64,000 nt of DNA from Clostridia bacterium (lineage in GTDB: Bacteria > Bacillota > Clostridia > Oscillospirales > CAG-272). The DNA is taken from assembly GCA_017450945.1 (NCBI GenBank), contig JAFSSP010000007.1:28487-92486 (forward strand), read 5' to 3'. The translations under genes and the position numbers were made by a program. Below the pieces are notes generated by a model that worked only from the letters and a program-made list of their open reading frames with translations, was not told the origin of the DNA and searched no databases. Of this stretch, positions 11,364-19,317 are shown piece by piece; the first letter of the stretch is position 1; the number at the start of each line of letters is the position of its first letter.

Positions 11364-11606
11364 ATGAGGCTTGATAAGTTCCTGAAAGTATCAAGAATCA
11401 TCAAACGCCGTTCGGTCGCCAACGAGACCTGCGATGCAGAGCACGTGATGGTCAACGGCAGACCCGCCAAGGCTTCCTATGACGTCAAGGTGGGGGATGT
11501 TCTGGAAATTGCTTTTGGGCAACGCACCCTAAAGGTTCAGGTCCTCTCGGTCAAGGAGTTTACCTCCAAGGCGGAGGCTTCCGAGCTTTATAAGGTGATC
11601 GAATAA
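11364..11606 (+). CDS. yabO: S4-domain RNA-binding protein YabO/RqcP
   Basis: MRLDKFLKVSRIIKRR; synteny. Confidence 0.93.
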   Translation: MRLDKFLKVSRIIKRRSVANETCDAEHVMVNGRPAKASYDVKVGDVLEIAFGQRTLKVQVLSVKEFTSKAEASELYKVIE

Positions 11607-11612
11607 CCGGCC

Positions 11613-11641
11613 GAATAACTGTGCCGTCTCTTGCATAAATT
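11613..11641 (+). promoter_or_regulatory. putative sigma-E (mother-cell) promoter of yabPQ
   Basis: gaATA-N16-CATAaatT matches the sigma-E consensus ATa-N16-18-cATAcanT. Confidence 0.55.
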
Positions 11642-11671
11642 GTAGCACATTCCTGTTTTCGGAGGTCTACA

Positions 11672-11965
11672 ATGAGTGCAGAGACGGCAAATGACGCTTA
11701 TAAGGGCCATAGCCTTTCCCTAAATGAGCGAAAGACTTTGAAAATCACCGGCGTTACCGACGCCATCGGGTTTGACGAAGAAAGCGTAACGCTGGAAAGC
11801 ACTGCCGGCCGGATCGAGATCGGCGGCGAGGGCCTTCGCTTTGAAGTGCTGAATCTCAAAGACGGAATGGTGGAATTGACCGGACGGATCGATTCGATCC
11901 TCTATGCCGCAGAGCCGGCGCCCGAGAAAAACCGCAATGGCTTTTGGGCAAAGCTGTTCCGCTGA
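11672..11965 (+). CDS. yabP: sporulation protein YabP
   Basis: HSLSLNERKTLKITGV..FDEE, GRIDSILY, FWAKLFR. Confidence 0.88.
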   Translation: MSAETANDAYKGHSLSLNERKTLKITGVTDAIGFDEESVTLESTAGRIEIGGEGLRFEVLNLKDGMVELTGRIDSILYAAEPAPEKNRNGFWAKLFR

Positions 11966-11967
11966 AT

Positions 11968-12732
11968 ATGGCGATTTCCCAAACGGCCTTAGGGCTTCTT
12001 TATTTATACAGCGCGATTCTCGGCTTTTGCGCAGGTTTTTTCTATGATCTCTTTCGCGTAACAAGAATTTTCTTCGGCGCGCACTACAGCCGTTCTGCCG
12101 CCGAAAAGCTCCAAAAGATCCGCCTTCCGCTCCTGAAACCTTATCGAGAACGCGAAGAGAGCAGAGCCTTTGGAGTGGTTGTTTTTTTGCAGGACTTTTT
12201 CTTTTGCATCATCTGCGGGATTGCTCTTGCGATCCTGTTTTATGAATGCAACGACGGTGTGATCCGTCTGCCGGTAATTTTTGTTTTTGTTGCCGGATTT
12301 CTTTTTTACAGAGCTACGGTCTGTCGCCTGTTTATGGCCCTCTCCGAGTTTGCCGCTTTTCTTTTGGAGAGTGCGGCGCGCTATCTTTGGTACTTTCTTT
12401 CCTATCCCTTCCGTATGCTTGGAAAAGCGATTGGACGCGCGGGTAGGATTGTGATTTCGAACTTTCAATCCCGCGCTCGGGACTTGCTGAGAGCGAGGTT
12501 TTACAAACGGGAAAAATATCGATTGAATAACGGAATGGGGCTTTTCGGCGAGTCGCCCGCCCCTCTAAAAAAGGAACGAAGAAAAATCAATGGAATCCGA
12601 AAAAAAGAAACAATTCAGCCTTTCTCTTGCAATCCGGATCTTTCTTGCGGTTTTGGTGGTGCTGTCGGTAGGGATCTTCGCCACAAGCATCATGAAATAC
12701 AACCGGCAAAAAGAGGAGCGGGCAGAGCTTGA
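11968..12732 (+). CDS. yabQ: spore cortex biosynthesis protein YabQ-like
   Basis: GFFYDLFRVTR, QDFFF, NDGVIR; between yabP and divIC. The 3' end overlaps the next gene by 143 bp. Confidence 0.75.
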   Translation: MAISQTALGLLYLYSAILGFCAGFFYDLFRVTRIFFGAHYSRSAAEKLQKIRLPLLKPYREREESRAFGVVVFLQDFFFCIICGIALAILFYECNDGVIRLPVIFVFVAGFLFYRATVCRLFMALSEFAAFLLESAARYLWYFLSYPFRMLGKAIGRAGRIVISNFQSRARDLLRARFYKREKYRLNNGMGLFGESPAPLKKERRKINGIRKKETIQPFSCNPDLSCGFGGAVGRDLRHKHHEIQPAKRGAGRA

Positions 12733-13012
12733 AAAAAAGCTGGAACAGTATCAGGAATTGATGAGCGACCTAGAGCAAAAGGTCGGCTCGGCCGAAAAGT
12801 TAAAAGAAGTGCTCCTGGAATACAGAACCTACAAAAGCCTGAAGGAAACGATGGTTGAGGATTCGGTTGTCCGCGCATCCTGCGAGAGAATTCTTGAGAG
12901 GATTGACGAACTCTTGAAAGACCCCGAAACGAGGGATTATCTCATCGAGCTTGCGCGGGAGAACGGCCTTGCCTTCCCGGACGAGACCATTTACTATATT
13001 GATACCGATTGA
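12590..13012 (+). CDS. divIC: septum formation initiator DivIC/FtsB-like
   Basis: N-terminal TM, coiled coil, C-terminal YLIELARENGLAFPDETIY. Confidence 0.7.
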   Translation: MESEKKKQFSLSLAIRIFLAVLVVLSVGIFATSIMKYNRQKEERAELEKKLEQYQELMSDLEQKVGSAEKLKEVLLEYRTYKSLKETMVEDSVVRASCERILERIDELLKDPETRDYLIELARENGLAFPDETIYYIDTD

Positions 13013-13026
13013 TAAAGAGGATGTTT

Positions 13027-13497
13027 ATGGCAACGGAACAAGAAAAAAAGCTCATTGCGCAAAACAAAAAAGCCTTCCACGATTATTTTGTGGAAGAGCG
13101 ATATGAAGCCGGCATTGCGCTTTATGGGACCGAAGTCAAAAGCATCAGGCGCGGTGGTGTAAATCTCAAGGATTCTTACTGTTCTTTCCGTGAGGGGGAA
13201 CTGTTTGCGGTCGGCATGCACATCAGCCCGTTTGAAGAGGGAAACCGCTTCAATCAAGCGCCGCTTCGCGAAAAGAAACTACTCATGCATAAACGGGAAA
13301 TCTTAAAGCTTCAGGGATTGATCCAGCAGAAAGGGCTTACCCTTGTGCCGCTGTCTCTCTATTTTTCCGGCAGTCACGTCAAAGTGGAGCTGGGCTTATG
13401 CCGCGGAAAAAAGCTCTATGACAAACGGGAAAGTGACGCGAAACGTCAAGCGGATCGCGAAATGGAACGGCGCAAAAAGAACTCTTTTGACGATTAA
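13027..13497 (+). CDS. smpB: SsrA-binding protein SmpB
   Basis: IAQNKKAFHDY, EAGIALYGTEVKS, GKKLYDKRE. Confidence 0.97.
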   Translation: MATEQEKKLIAQNKKAFHDYFVEERYEAGIALYGTEVKSIRRGGVNLKDSYCSFREGELFAVGMHISPFEEGNRFNQAPLREKKLLMHKREILKLQGLIQQKGLTLVPLSLYFSGSHVKVELGLCRGKKLYDKRESDAKRQADREMERRKKNSFDD

Positions 13498-13530
13498 AAA
13501 CAGCGCCGATTTTTATCGGCGCTGTTTTTT
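13496..13530. terminator. bidirectional intrinsic terminator between smpB and acpP
   Basis: AAAAA-CAGCGCCGAT-TTTT-ATCGGCGCTG-TTTTTT. Confidence 0.85.
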
Positions 13531-13534
13531 GAGT

Positions 13535-13762
13535 TTATTTTTTGTGAGCCTCTAAGTAATCTGCAACATCCTGAACGGTTACAAATTTGTGGATATCGTC
13601 GTCTTCAATCTCAACACCGAACTTTTCTTCGCAGAGCATGATCATGTCGGCAAGTTCGATGGAGTTGACGCCAAGGTCGTTGATCAGATCGGACTCGGGC
13701 TTGATCTCATTGGGATCAAGCTGAAGCTCTTCCACCATCAAATTTTTCAAAGTTTCAAACAT
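13535..13762 (-). CDS. acpP: acyl carrier protein
   Basis: Small acidic protein, DLGVNSIEL..EEKFGVEI..TVQDVADY; GGAGG RBS favours the ATG at 13762. Confidence 0.85.
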   Translation of the reverse strand: MFETLKNLMVEELQLDPNEIKPESDLINDLGVNSIELADMIMLCEEKFGVEIEDDDIHKFVTVQDVADYLEAHKK

Positions 13763-13902
13763 TGGTATCATTCCTCCAAATGAAATGGATTCGGCAAATG
13801 CGCCATTACAAATTTATTATATCCCAGGCAGTGCGATTTGTCAAGGCTTTTTTCATTTCTTGCGGTATTTTCGACATTTTTTGAGAAGGGGGTAAGACGG
13901 GT

Positions 13903-15759
13903 ATGAGGATCCTTTGGCGGCGTCCTTTGTTTTGCTGTTGTATCCTGTCGGTTTTGCTTGTCATACTTGCCGGACAACTCTCCAAAGGAGAAAGAATTGC
14001 GCTCCTTTTGATCCCGCTGGTTGCAGCTTTTGTTTTGGCCGTTCTTCTCAAAAAACAGTTTCGAAAGGTTTTTCTTCCGTTTCTATGTTGCCTTCTTGCA
14101 AGCCTTTTGCTTTTGTCTTCGTCTCTTTACTTTGACGGCGTTTATCCATCCTATCAAAAACTCGTAGGCGAGGAATGCAAAATCTCCGGATATGTTGACG
14201 GCCGCCGGAACAGAACCGATTCCTTTTTGATCACCGTGACCGAGCTTAACGGAGAGACGGTCAACTTTCGCGCCGCACTGGATTGCGCTTTTGCTTCCGG
14301 CTTGCAGGTTGGTGATCACATTGAAACCTCTGTAATAGGAGAATCTTTTGAAGAGGACGGGCTTCTCGACGGCGCGCAAAGCCTCACTTCAGATGGTGTG
14401 AAGATCCTTTTTCGATGCGAGGATCTTGACGGCCTGCTTTCTTGGCGCGAGGAGGGCTTTCACCCGCTTTTGCTGTTTCGCAAGTGGAATCACATGCTTT
14501 CCATCCGTCTGCAAAACGCGATCGGCGGCGAGGAGGGAAGTCTTGCCACGGCTCTGCTACTGGGTAACAAGAGCGGTCTTTCGAGCGATACGACGCTCGC
14601 CTTCCGGAGAGCCGGCGTCTCTCATCTTCTTGCGTTGAGCGGATTACACATTTCCATTTTGATTGCGGCTCTGGAGTTTCTTTTGCGCCGGCTTATGATC
14701 GGTAGAAAGATTCGCATGATCTTTCTTTGCGGTGGGCTTTTGTTCTATCTTGCCCTGACCGGCTTTCAGATCTCCTGCATCCGGGCGTCTCTTATGGTCT
14801 TTGCTGTTTGCCTTGCAAAAATCCTTTGGGAGGATCCTGATCCTTTGACCTCGCTCGGCGTTGCGCTGTATCTGACGCTTTTATTCTGTCCTTATTTGAT
14901 CGGGGATATCGCGCTTTGGATGTCCTATCTTGCCGCTTTCGGCATCCTTGTCTTTTCTCCCGCGATCCGTCTGCTTCCGGAAGCACTTGCAAAGCGTCTT
15001 CCGCAAAAGCTTGCAAAGCTGATAGGCAGGATCCTTGGCGCGATCCTTGTCGGCTTTGCCGCAAACGCCGCGCTGTTGCTGTTTCTTTCTTTGACCTTTG
15101 GAGAAGCGTCGATCACGTCGATCCTGGCAACGGCGGTTTTGTCTCTTCCCATGTCGCTCACGCTCATTGCGTCGATCTTCACGCTATTCTTTCCGGCGCT
15201 TGGCTTTTTGCCGAAATTCTTTGCATCCTTTATGATTGGCTTTTCCAATCGGATTTCGGATTGGCCGGGCGTTTTGCCGTCTTTGAATGAACCGCTTCTC
15301 ATTGGGCTTTTGATCGCGCTGACGGTTCTGTTTCTGGCCTTTGCGATCTTAAAGATCAAAAACCCGTTGGTGTTTTTAACCATTCCGCTTGCCGTCATCC
15401 TGCTTTTCGGTATCGCCGTTTGGATTCAATCAGGGAAAAACGCTTTGCAGATTACCGATCAGGCCGAAGTAAAAATCGAGGACGGAACCGTTTACGTTTT
15501 CTGCAAAGAGTTTGAGAACGCGCAGGATGTGTGGGAGCTAAAAGAGAATCTGCGCGCCCTTGGGACTTCCGAAATTCATCACCTGACGGTCAAAGACCAT
15601 TCGTCGCTTCAGACGTATGATCTTGCCAGACTTTCTGCGTCTATCCGAGTATTTTGCCTGCACCTGCCGCAACCGAAAACAAAGGAAGAACTTGCTTTTT
15701 CAAAACGGCTTGAGCAAGAGGCATCTTTGCACCGGATCTATGTTGTGTATGACAATTGA
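13903..15759 (+). CDS. comEC: ComEC/Rec2 competence protein
   Basis: ALLLG, FRRAGVSHLLALSGLHI, SCIRASLM; OB-like N-terminal region. Confidence 0.85.
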   Translation: MRILWRRPLFCCCILSVLLVILAGQLSKGERIALLLIPLVAAFVLAVLLKKQFRKVFLPFLCCLLASLLLLSSSLYFDGVYPSYQKLVGEECKISGYVDGRRNRTDSFLITVTELNGETVNFRAALDCAFASGLQVGDHIETSVIGESFEEDGLLDGAQSLTSDGVKILFRCEDLDGLLSWREEGFHPLLLFRKWNHMLSIRLQNAIGGEEGSLATALLLGNKSGLSSDTTLAFRRAGVSHLLALSGLHISILIAALEFLLRRLMIGRKIRMIFLCGGLLFYLALTGFQISCIRASLMVFAVCLAKILWEDPDPLTSLGVALYLTLLFCPYLIGDIALWMSYLAAFGILVFSPAIRLLPEALAKRLPQKLAKLIGRILGAILVGFAANAALLLFLSLTFGEASITSILATAVLSLPMSLTLIASIFTLFFPALGFLPKFFASFMIGFSNRISDWPGVLPSLNEPLLIGLLIALTVLFLAFAILKIKNPLVFLTIPLAVILLFGIAVWIQSGKNALQITDQAEVKIEDGTVYVFCKEFENAQDVWELKENLRALGTSEIHHLTVKDHSSLQTYDLARLSASIRVFCLHLPQPKTKEELAFSKRLEQEASLHRIYVVYDN

Positions 15760-15875
15760 ACTTTACCGATGTGCAGCCGGATTTCTGTGTCGAAATTCGG
15801 CTGCTTTTCATATTCTGTTAACGTCATCCCGATTGCGGGACGACAAGAGACAACCGATTTTCAAGGGAGCTGTAT

Positions 15876-16754
15876 ATGGAAATATCCGCGCTGAGGTATG
15901 CTGTTTTCGGAGGGGATGCAAGGCAGAGCTTTCTTACCGAGATCTTGCGGCGAAAAGGTCTTACAGTCGATTCATTCGGCGTTCCGGATCAGCCCGATAC
16001 CGGATCCTGGAAGAAGATTTTAGAGAGGGCCGACTGCCTCTTCTTGCCGCTTCCAATCACGCGCGACGGCGTGAGATTGTTTTGCGAAGACAGGGAAGAC
16101 ATTGTTCCGGTTCGTCTGGATCGATTTTTTGATTGTGCGGGCAAGATCCTGTTTGCGGGAAGGATCCCGCCTTCCTTTCGCGCATCGGTCAGTGCAAGCG
16201 GAGGGAGAATTTACGATTATTTTGATTCGGAATCTTTGCAGATCCTCAACGCACTGCCAACCGCGGAGGGTGCGATCTTTACGGCAATGAAAGAGCTTCC
16301 GGTCACGCTTTGCGGCGCTTGCATTGCGGTGATCGGATACGGACGGATCGGGCGCCTGTTAACCGATCGTCTGGTCGCGCTCGGCTCGTCTGTGACCGTC
16401 TATGAAAGAAAAGAGGATCGGCATCCGTATATCCGGTTTTCAAAAGCGGCGGCAAGTCCATTCTTTGACGCCGGCGGGAAAAAACAGCTGTTATCGCTTC
16501 CAAGAGATTGCAGAGTCCTTTTCAACACCGTCCCGGAACCGATCTTTACGCGGGAAGTGCTGGAATTTTTCCCGAAGAATTGCCTGTTTGTCGATCTTGC
16601 TTCTCCGCCCGGCGGGCTGGATCCTGTGGCGGCGTCGGAGTTGAATATTAACAGGGTCTGGGCGACCGCACTACCCGGAAAATATGCTCCGGAGAGCGCG
16701 GCGTCGTATCTTGCGGAAGAAGCGCTTTCGATCATAGAAAAAGCGACTTTGTAG
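15876..16754 (+). CDS. dpaA: dipicolinate synthase subunit A
   Basis: GGDARQ, NALPTAEGAI, GYGRIG, DLASPPGG, LPGKYAP. Confidence 0.9.
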   Translation: MEISALRYAVFGGDARQSFLTEILRRKGLTVDSFGVPDQPDTGSWKKILERADCLFLPLPITRDGVRLFCEDREDIVPVRLDRFFDCAGKILFAGRIPPSFRASVSASGGRIYDYFDSESLQILNALPTAEGAIFTAMKELPVTLCGACIAVIGYGRIGRLLTDRLVALGSSVTVYERKEDRHPYIRFSKAAASPFFDAGGKKQLLSLPRDCRVLFNTVPEPIFTREVLEFFPKNCLFVDLASPPGGLDPVAASELNINRVWATALPGKYAPESAASYLAEEALSIIEKATL

Positions 16755-16789
16755 CGGTTGTCAAAAGTTTTAGGAAAGGATCACAGAAT

Positions 16790-17350
16790 ATGCTTGGCTT
16801 TGCATTCTGCGGATCATTTTGCACGCATCAAGCGGCGCTCTCCGAGATGAAGCGCCTGTTGGAAACAGGCTATGAGATCCAGCCGATCTTCAGTGAGGCT
16901 GTTTACACTACGGATACCCGCTTTGGAAAGGCGGAAGACTTTGTACGCGAGGTGGAAGACGCCTGTCGCCGAAAGGCCATCCACAGGATTGTGGATGCAG
17001 AGCCGTTAGGTCCGAAGAACCCTATGGAAGCACTGATCATTTGCCCTTGTACCGGAAACACCCTGGCAAAGCTGGCAAACGGTGTGACCGATACTCCGGT
17101 TTGTATGGCGGCAAAAGCACATCTTCGATGCGACCGACCGCTTGTGATCGCGCTTGCTTCCAACGATGCGCTCTCGGCAAATCTCAAAAACATTGCCACT
17201 CTGCTGCAGCGAAAGAATCTGTATTTCGTTCCCATGCGGCAGGATGACCCGATCGGAAAACCGCATTCACTCGTTGCAAAGTTTTCGCTTCTCGAACCTA
17301 CGCTTTCGGGTGCAATGGAAGGAAAGCAATTACGAAACCTTTTTTTGTGA
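16790..17350 (+). CDS. dpaB: dipicolinate synthase subunit B
   Basis: GSFCT, PCTGNTLAKLANG, QDDPIGKPHSLVA. Confidence 0.93.
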   Translation: MLGFAFCGSFCTHQAALSEMKRLLETGYEIQPIFSEAVYTTDTRFGKAEDFVREVEDACRRKAIHRIVDAEPLGPKNPMEALIICPCTGNTLAKLANGVTDTPVCMAAKAHLRCDRPLVIALASNDALSANLKNIATLLQRKNLYFVPMRQDDPIGKPHSLVAKFSLLEPTLSGAMEGKQLRNLFL

Positions 17351-18931
17351 AGATTTCGGCTCCGTAAAGCGGCAGATGGGCTTTGCGGGGCCTTTTTTCT
17401 CTTTTTTGAAGAGCGAAACAAGCCACGCTCGATCATCCCGGTTGAATCCGCCGAAAAAGCGCAACAGCAGAAGATAGAAGAAAGAGCAAAGGACAAGATG
17501 CAAAACGACCTTCCATGCGCTCCCTCCTTTTGGTAAAATCAAAAACAGAATGCGGGAGAGGCAGGTCGCGCCCAGAATGCAAAAGAGAGGCTTGTAGATC
17601 CAGTCGAACACCCGTACCTTGGCGCGACTGATCGAAAGGAGTCGCCAGAGGCTCATTGTGGTATTGAAAAGTTCCGAGATGTAGATAGTGACAAGGTAGC
17701 CGACAATTCCAAACCGAGGAATCAGGAGCTTTACGAGAAGAACCGAGAGGAGCGCGTCGGCAATATTGACGTTCATCGAATAAACCTGTTGTCCCAGCCC
17801 TTTGAGCATGGCGTCGGTCGAGGTGTCAAGGTACATGATCGGAATGAGCGGCGCAAGAAAACGGATGTAGCGCGCGGCTTCGGTCCCGGGATAGAGAAGC
17901 GCCCCAAGCTCTTCGGAACAGAAGAGTAAGATTCCGGAAACGCCAATAGCAAACGCGGCTGACAAAGAAAAAACGCGGCCGAACATATATTCAATGTGGC
18001 GTCTCTCGCCCTTGACCCGACTCTCGGAAAACTCCGGAATGAGAAGCCCCGCAAAGGAGGAGATGAGCGCGGCTGGATAGAGCGCAACAGGAAGCGCCAT
18101 ACTTTGGATCACCCCGTAGGAGGAGAGCGCCGCTGCGTGACTTGCGCCGCTCTGCCGGAGCCCTTCCGGAATGAGGATGTGTTCAATCGTCAGAAGACCG
18201 GATCGGATATAGGTGGAGAAGGCGACCGGCAGTGCAATGCCGAGCAGCTTTTTGCCTTCGCTGTCTGCGGGGTCTTTCTTTGAAAAATGCCGTTTGCGAT
18301 CGACAAGATAGAGGAGAAACTCCAAAAGAAAGGAGGATGCTTCTGCCAAAAGCCCGCCCAAGATGATCGAAAGCAGGGCGCTTTTTGCGTCTTTTGCAAA
18401 GAAAAAGGCCAAAAGAGAAGCGGTAAAACCGATCTTGAGCGTCTGCTCCGCAACCTGCACGAGCGCATTTTTGTAAACCCTGCGAACGGCCGAGAAGTAT
18501 CCCGAGAAGGCAGAGGAGAGCGAAATGAGCGGGAGCGTCAGTCCCATGAGACGAAGCGGTTCGAGCGTGCGCTCATCTTTCAACCAGTGCGCCGAGATCG
18601 TTGGAGCAAGCAGGATGAGAAGAAGCGCCGAAAGGATCCCGAAGCTGAGCGAATAGAACACGGCTTTTTCCATGACTCTGCGAACGCGCCCGGGCTCGTT
18701 TTTGCCGATCGCTTCCACCACAAGATGCGTCACGCCAAGATGCACGCCCGAGACTGCGAGCGTCAGTGCAAAGGAATAAACGCCGGAAATGAGAGAAAAA
18801 AGCCCCATGACCTCGGCGCCGGCACGGTTGGAAAGATAGACCTGAAAGCCGACTCCGACCGTCCGCATGAGCAGTGTGGATGCAGTCAGAAGCGCCGCAT
18901 TCCAGATGATTCGTTTTGCCTCTTTTCGCAT
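17330..18931 (-). CDS. spoVB: stage V sporulation protein B-like flippase
   Basis: YLSNRAGAEVMGL, many TMs, DAMLKGLGQQ; sigma-E-like promoter upstream. Confidence 0.75.
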   Translation of the reverse strand: MRKEAKRIIWNAALLTASTLLMRTVGVGFQVYLSNRAGAEVMGLFSLISGVYSFALTLAVSGVHLGVTHLVVEAIGKNEPGRVRRVMEKAVFYSLSFGILSALLLILLAPTISAHWLKDERTLEPLRLMGLTLPLISLSSAFSGYFSAVRRVYKNALVQVAEQTLKIGFTASLLAFFFAKDAKSALLSIILGGLLAEASSFLLEFLLYLVDRKRHFSKKDPADSEGKKLLGIALPVAFSTYIRSGLLTIEHILIPEGLRQSGASHAAALSSYGVIQSMALPVALYPAALISSFAGLLIPEFSESRVKGERRHIEYMFGRVFSLSAAFAIGVSGILLFCSEELGALLYPGTEAARYIRFLAPLIPIMYLDTSTDAMLKGLGQQVYSMNVNIADALLSVLLVKLLIPRFGIVGYLVTIYISELFNTTMSLWRLLSISRAKVRVFDWIYKPLFCILGATCLSRILFLILPKGGSAWKVVLHLVLCSFFYLLLLRFFGGFNRDDRAWLVSLFKKEKKGPAKPICRFTEPKSSQKKVS

Positions 18932-18957
18932 GACGCACCCCCGGATTCGAATACTCC

Positions 18958-18987
18958 ATTCTATGAAGGCGGCGATCAGAATATTTC
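18958..18987 (-). promoter_or_regulatory. putative sigma-E promoter of spoVB
   Basis: Minus strand gaaATA-N16-CATAgaaT. Confidence 0.55.
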
Positions 18988-19040
18988 AGAAAAAAACGGA
19001 CAGACTTTTTTGTAAGAGTTTTTGAAAGAGGGTGCATTTT

Positions 19041-19241
19041 ATGGCCGTTTTTGTTTGCCGCCTTTGCGGATACGAATATGACGAGGAGGACGGGGATCCG
19101 TCCGGCGGTATCTCACCCGGAACCGAATTCTACGATCTGCCGCGCTACTGGGTCTGCCCGAATTGTGGGGCCGACCGGGAGGATTTTGAAGAGCTTACTT
19201 CCGAAGAGAAAACCGAGGAAGCCGATCCAAGCCTATTTTGA
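19041..19241 (+). CDS. rubredoxin
   Basis: CRLCGYEYD...PGTEFYDLPRYWVCPNCG. Confidence 0.92.
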   Translation: MAVFVCRLCGYEYDEEDGDPSGGISPGTEFYDLPRYWVCPNCGADREDFEELTSEEKTEEADPSLF

Positions 19242-19317
19242 TCCGGAAGATTGACAAAACAGGCTCTTTCGTGGTAAAATACAGTCAGAAAAAATGACTG
19301 TGTGCGGAGGCGTCAGC

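Noticed and set aside
13497-13900. tmRNA (ssrA) next to smpB
   Set aside because: No GGGG..TCGA 5' end or tRNA-like CCACCA 3' end; the space is filled by a terminator, acpP and promoters.
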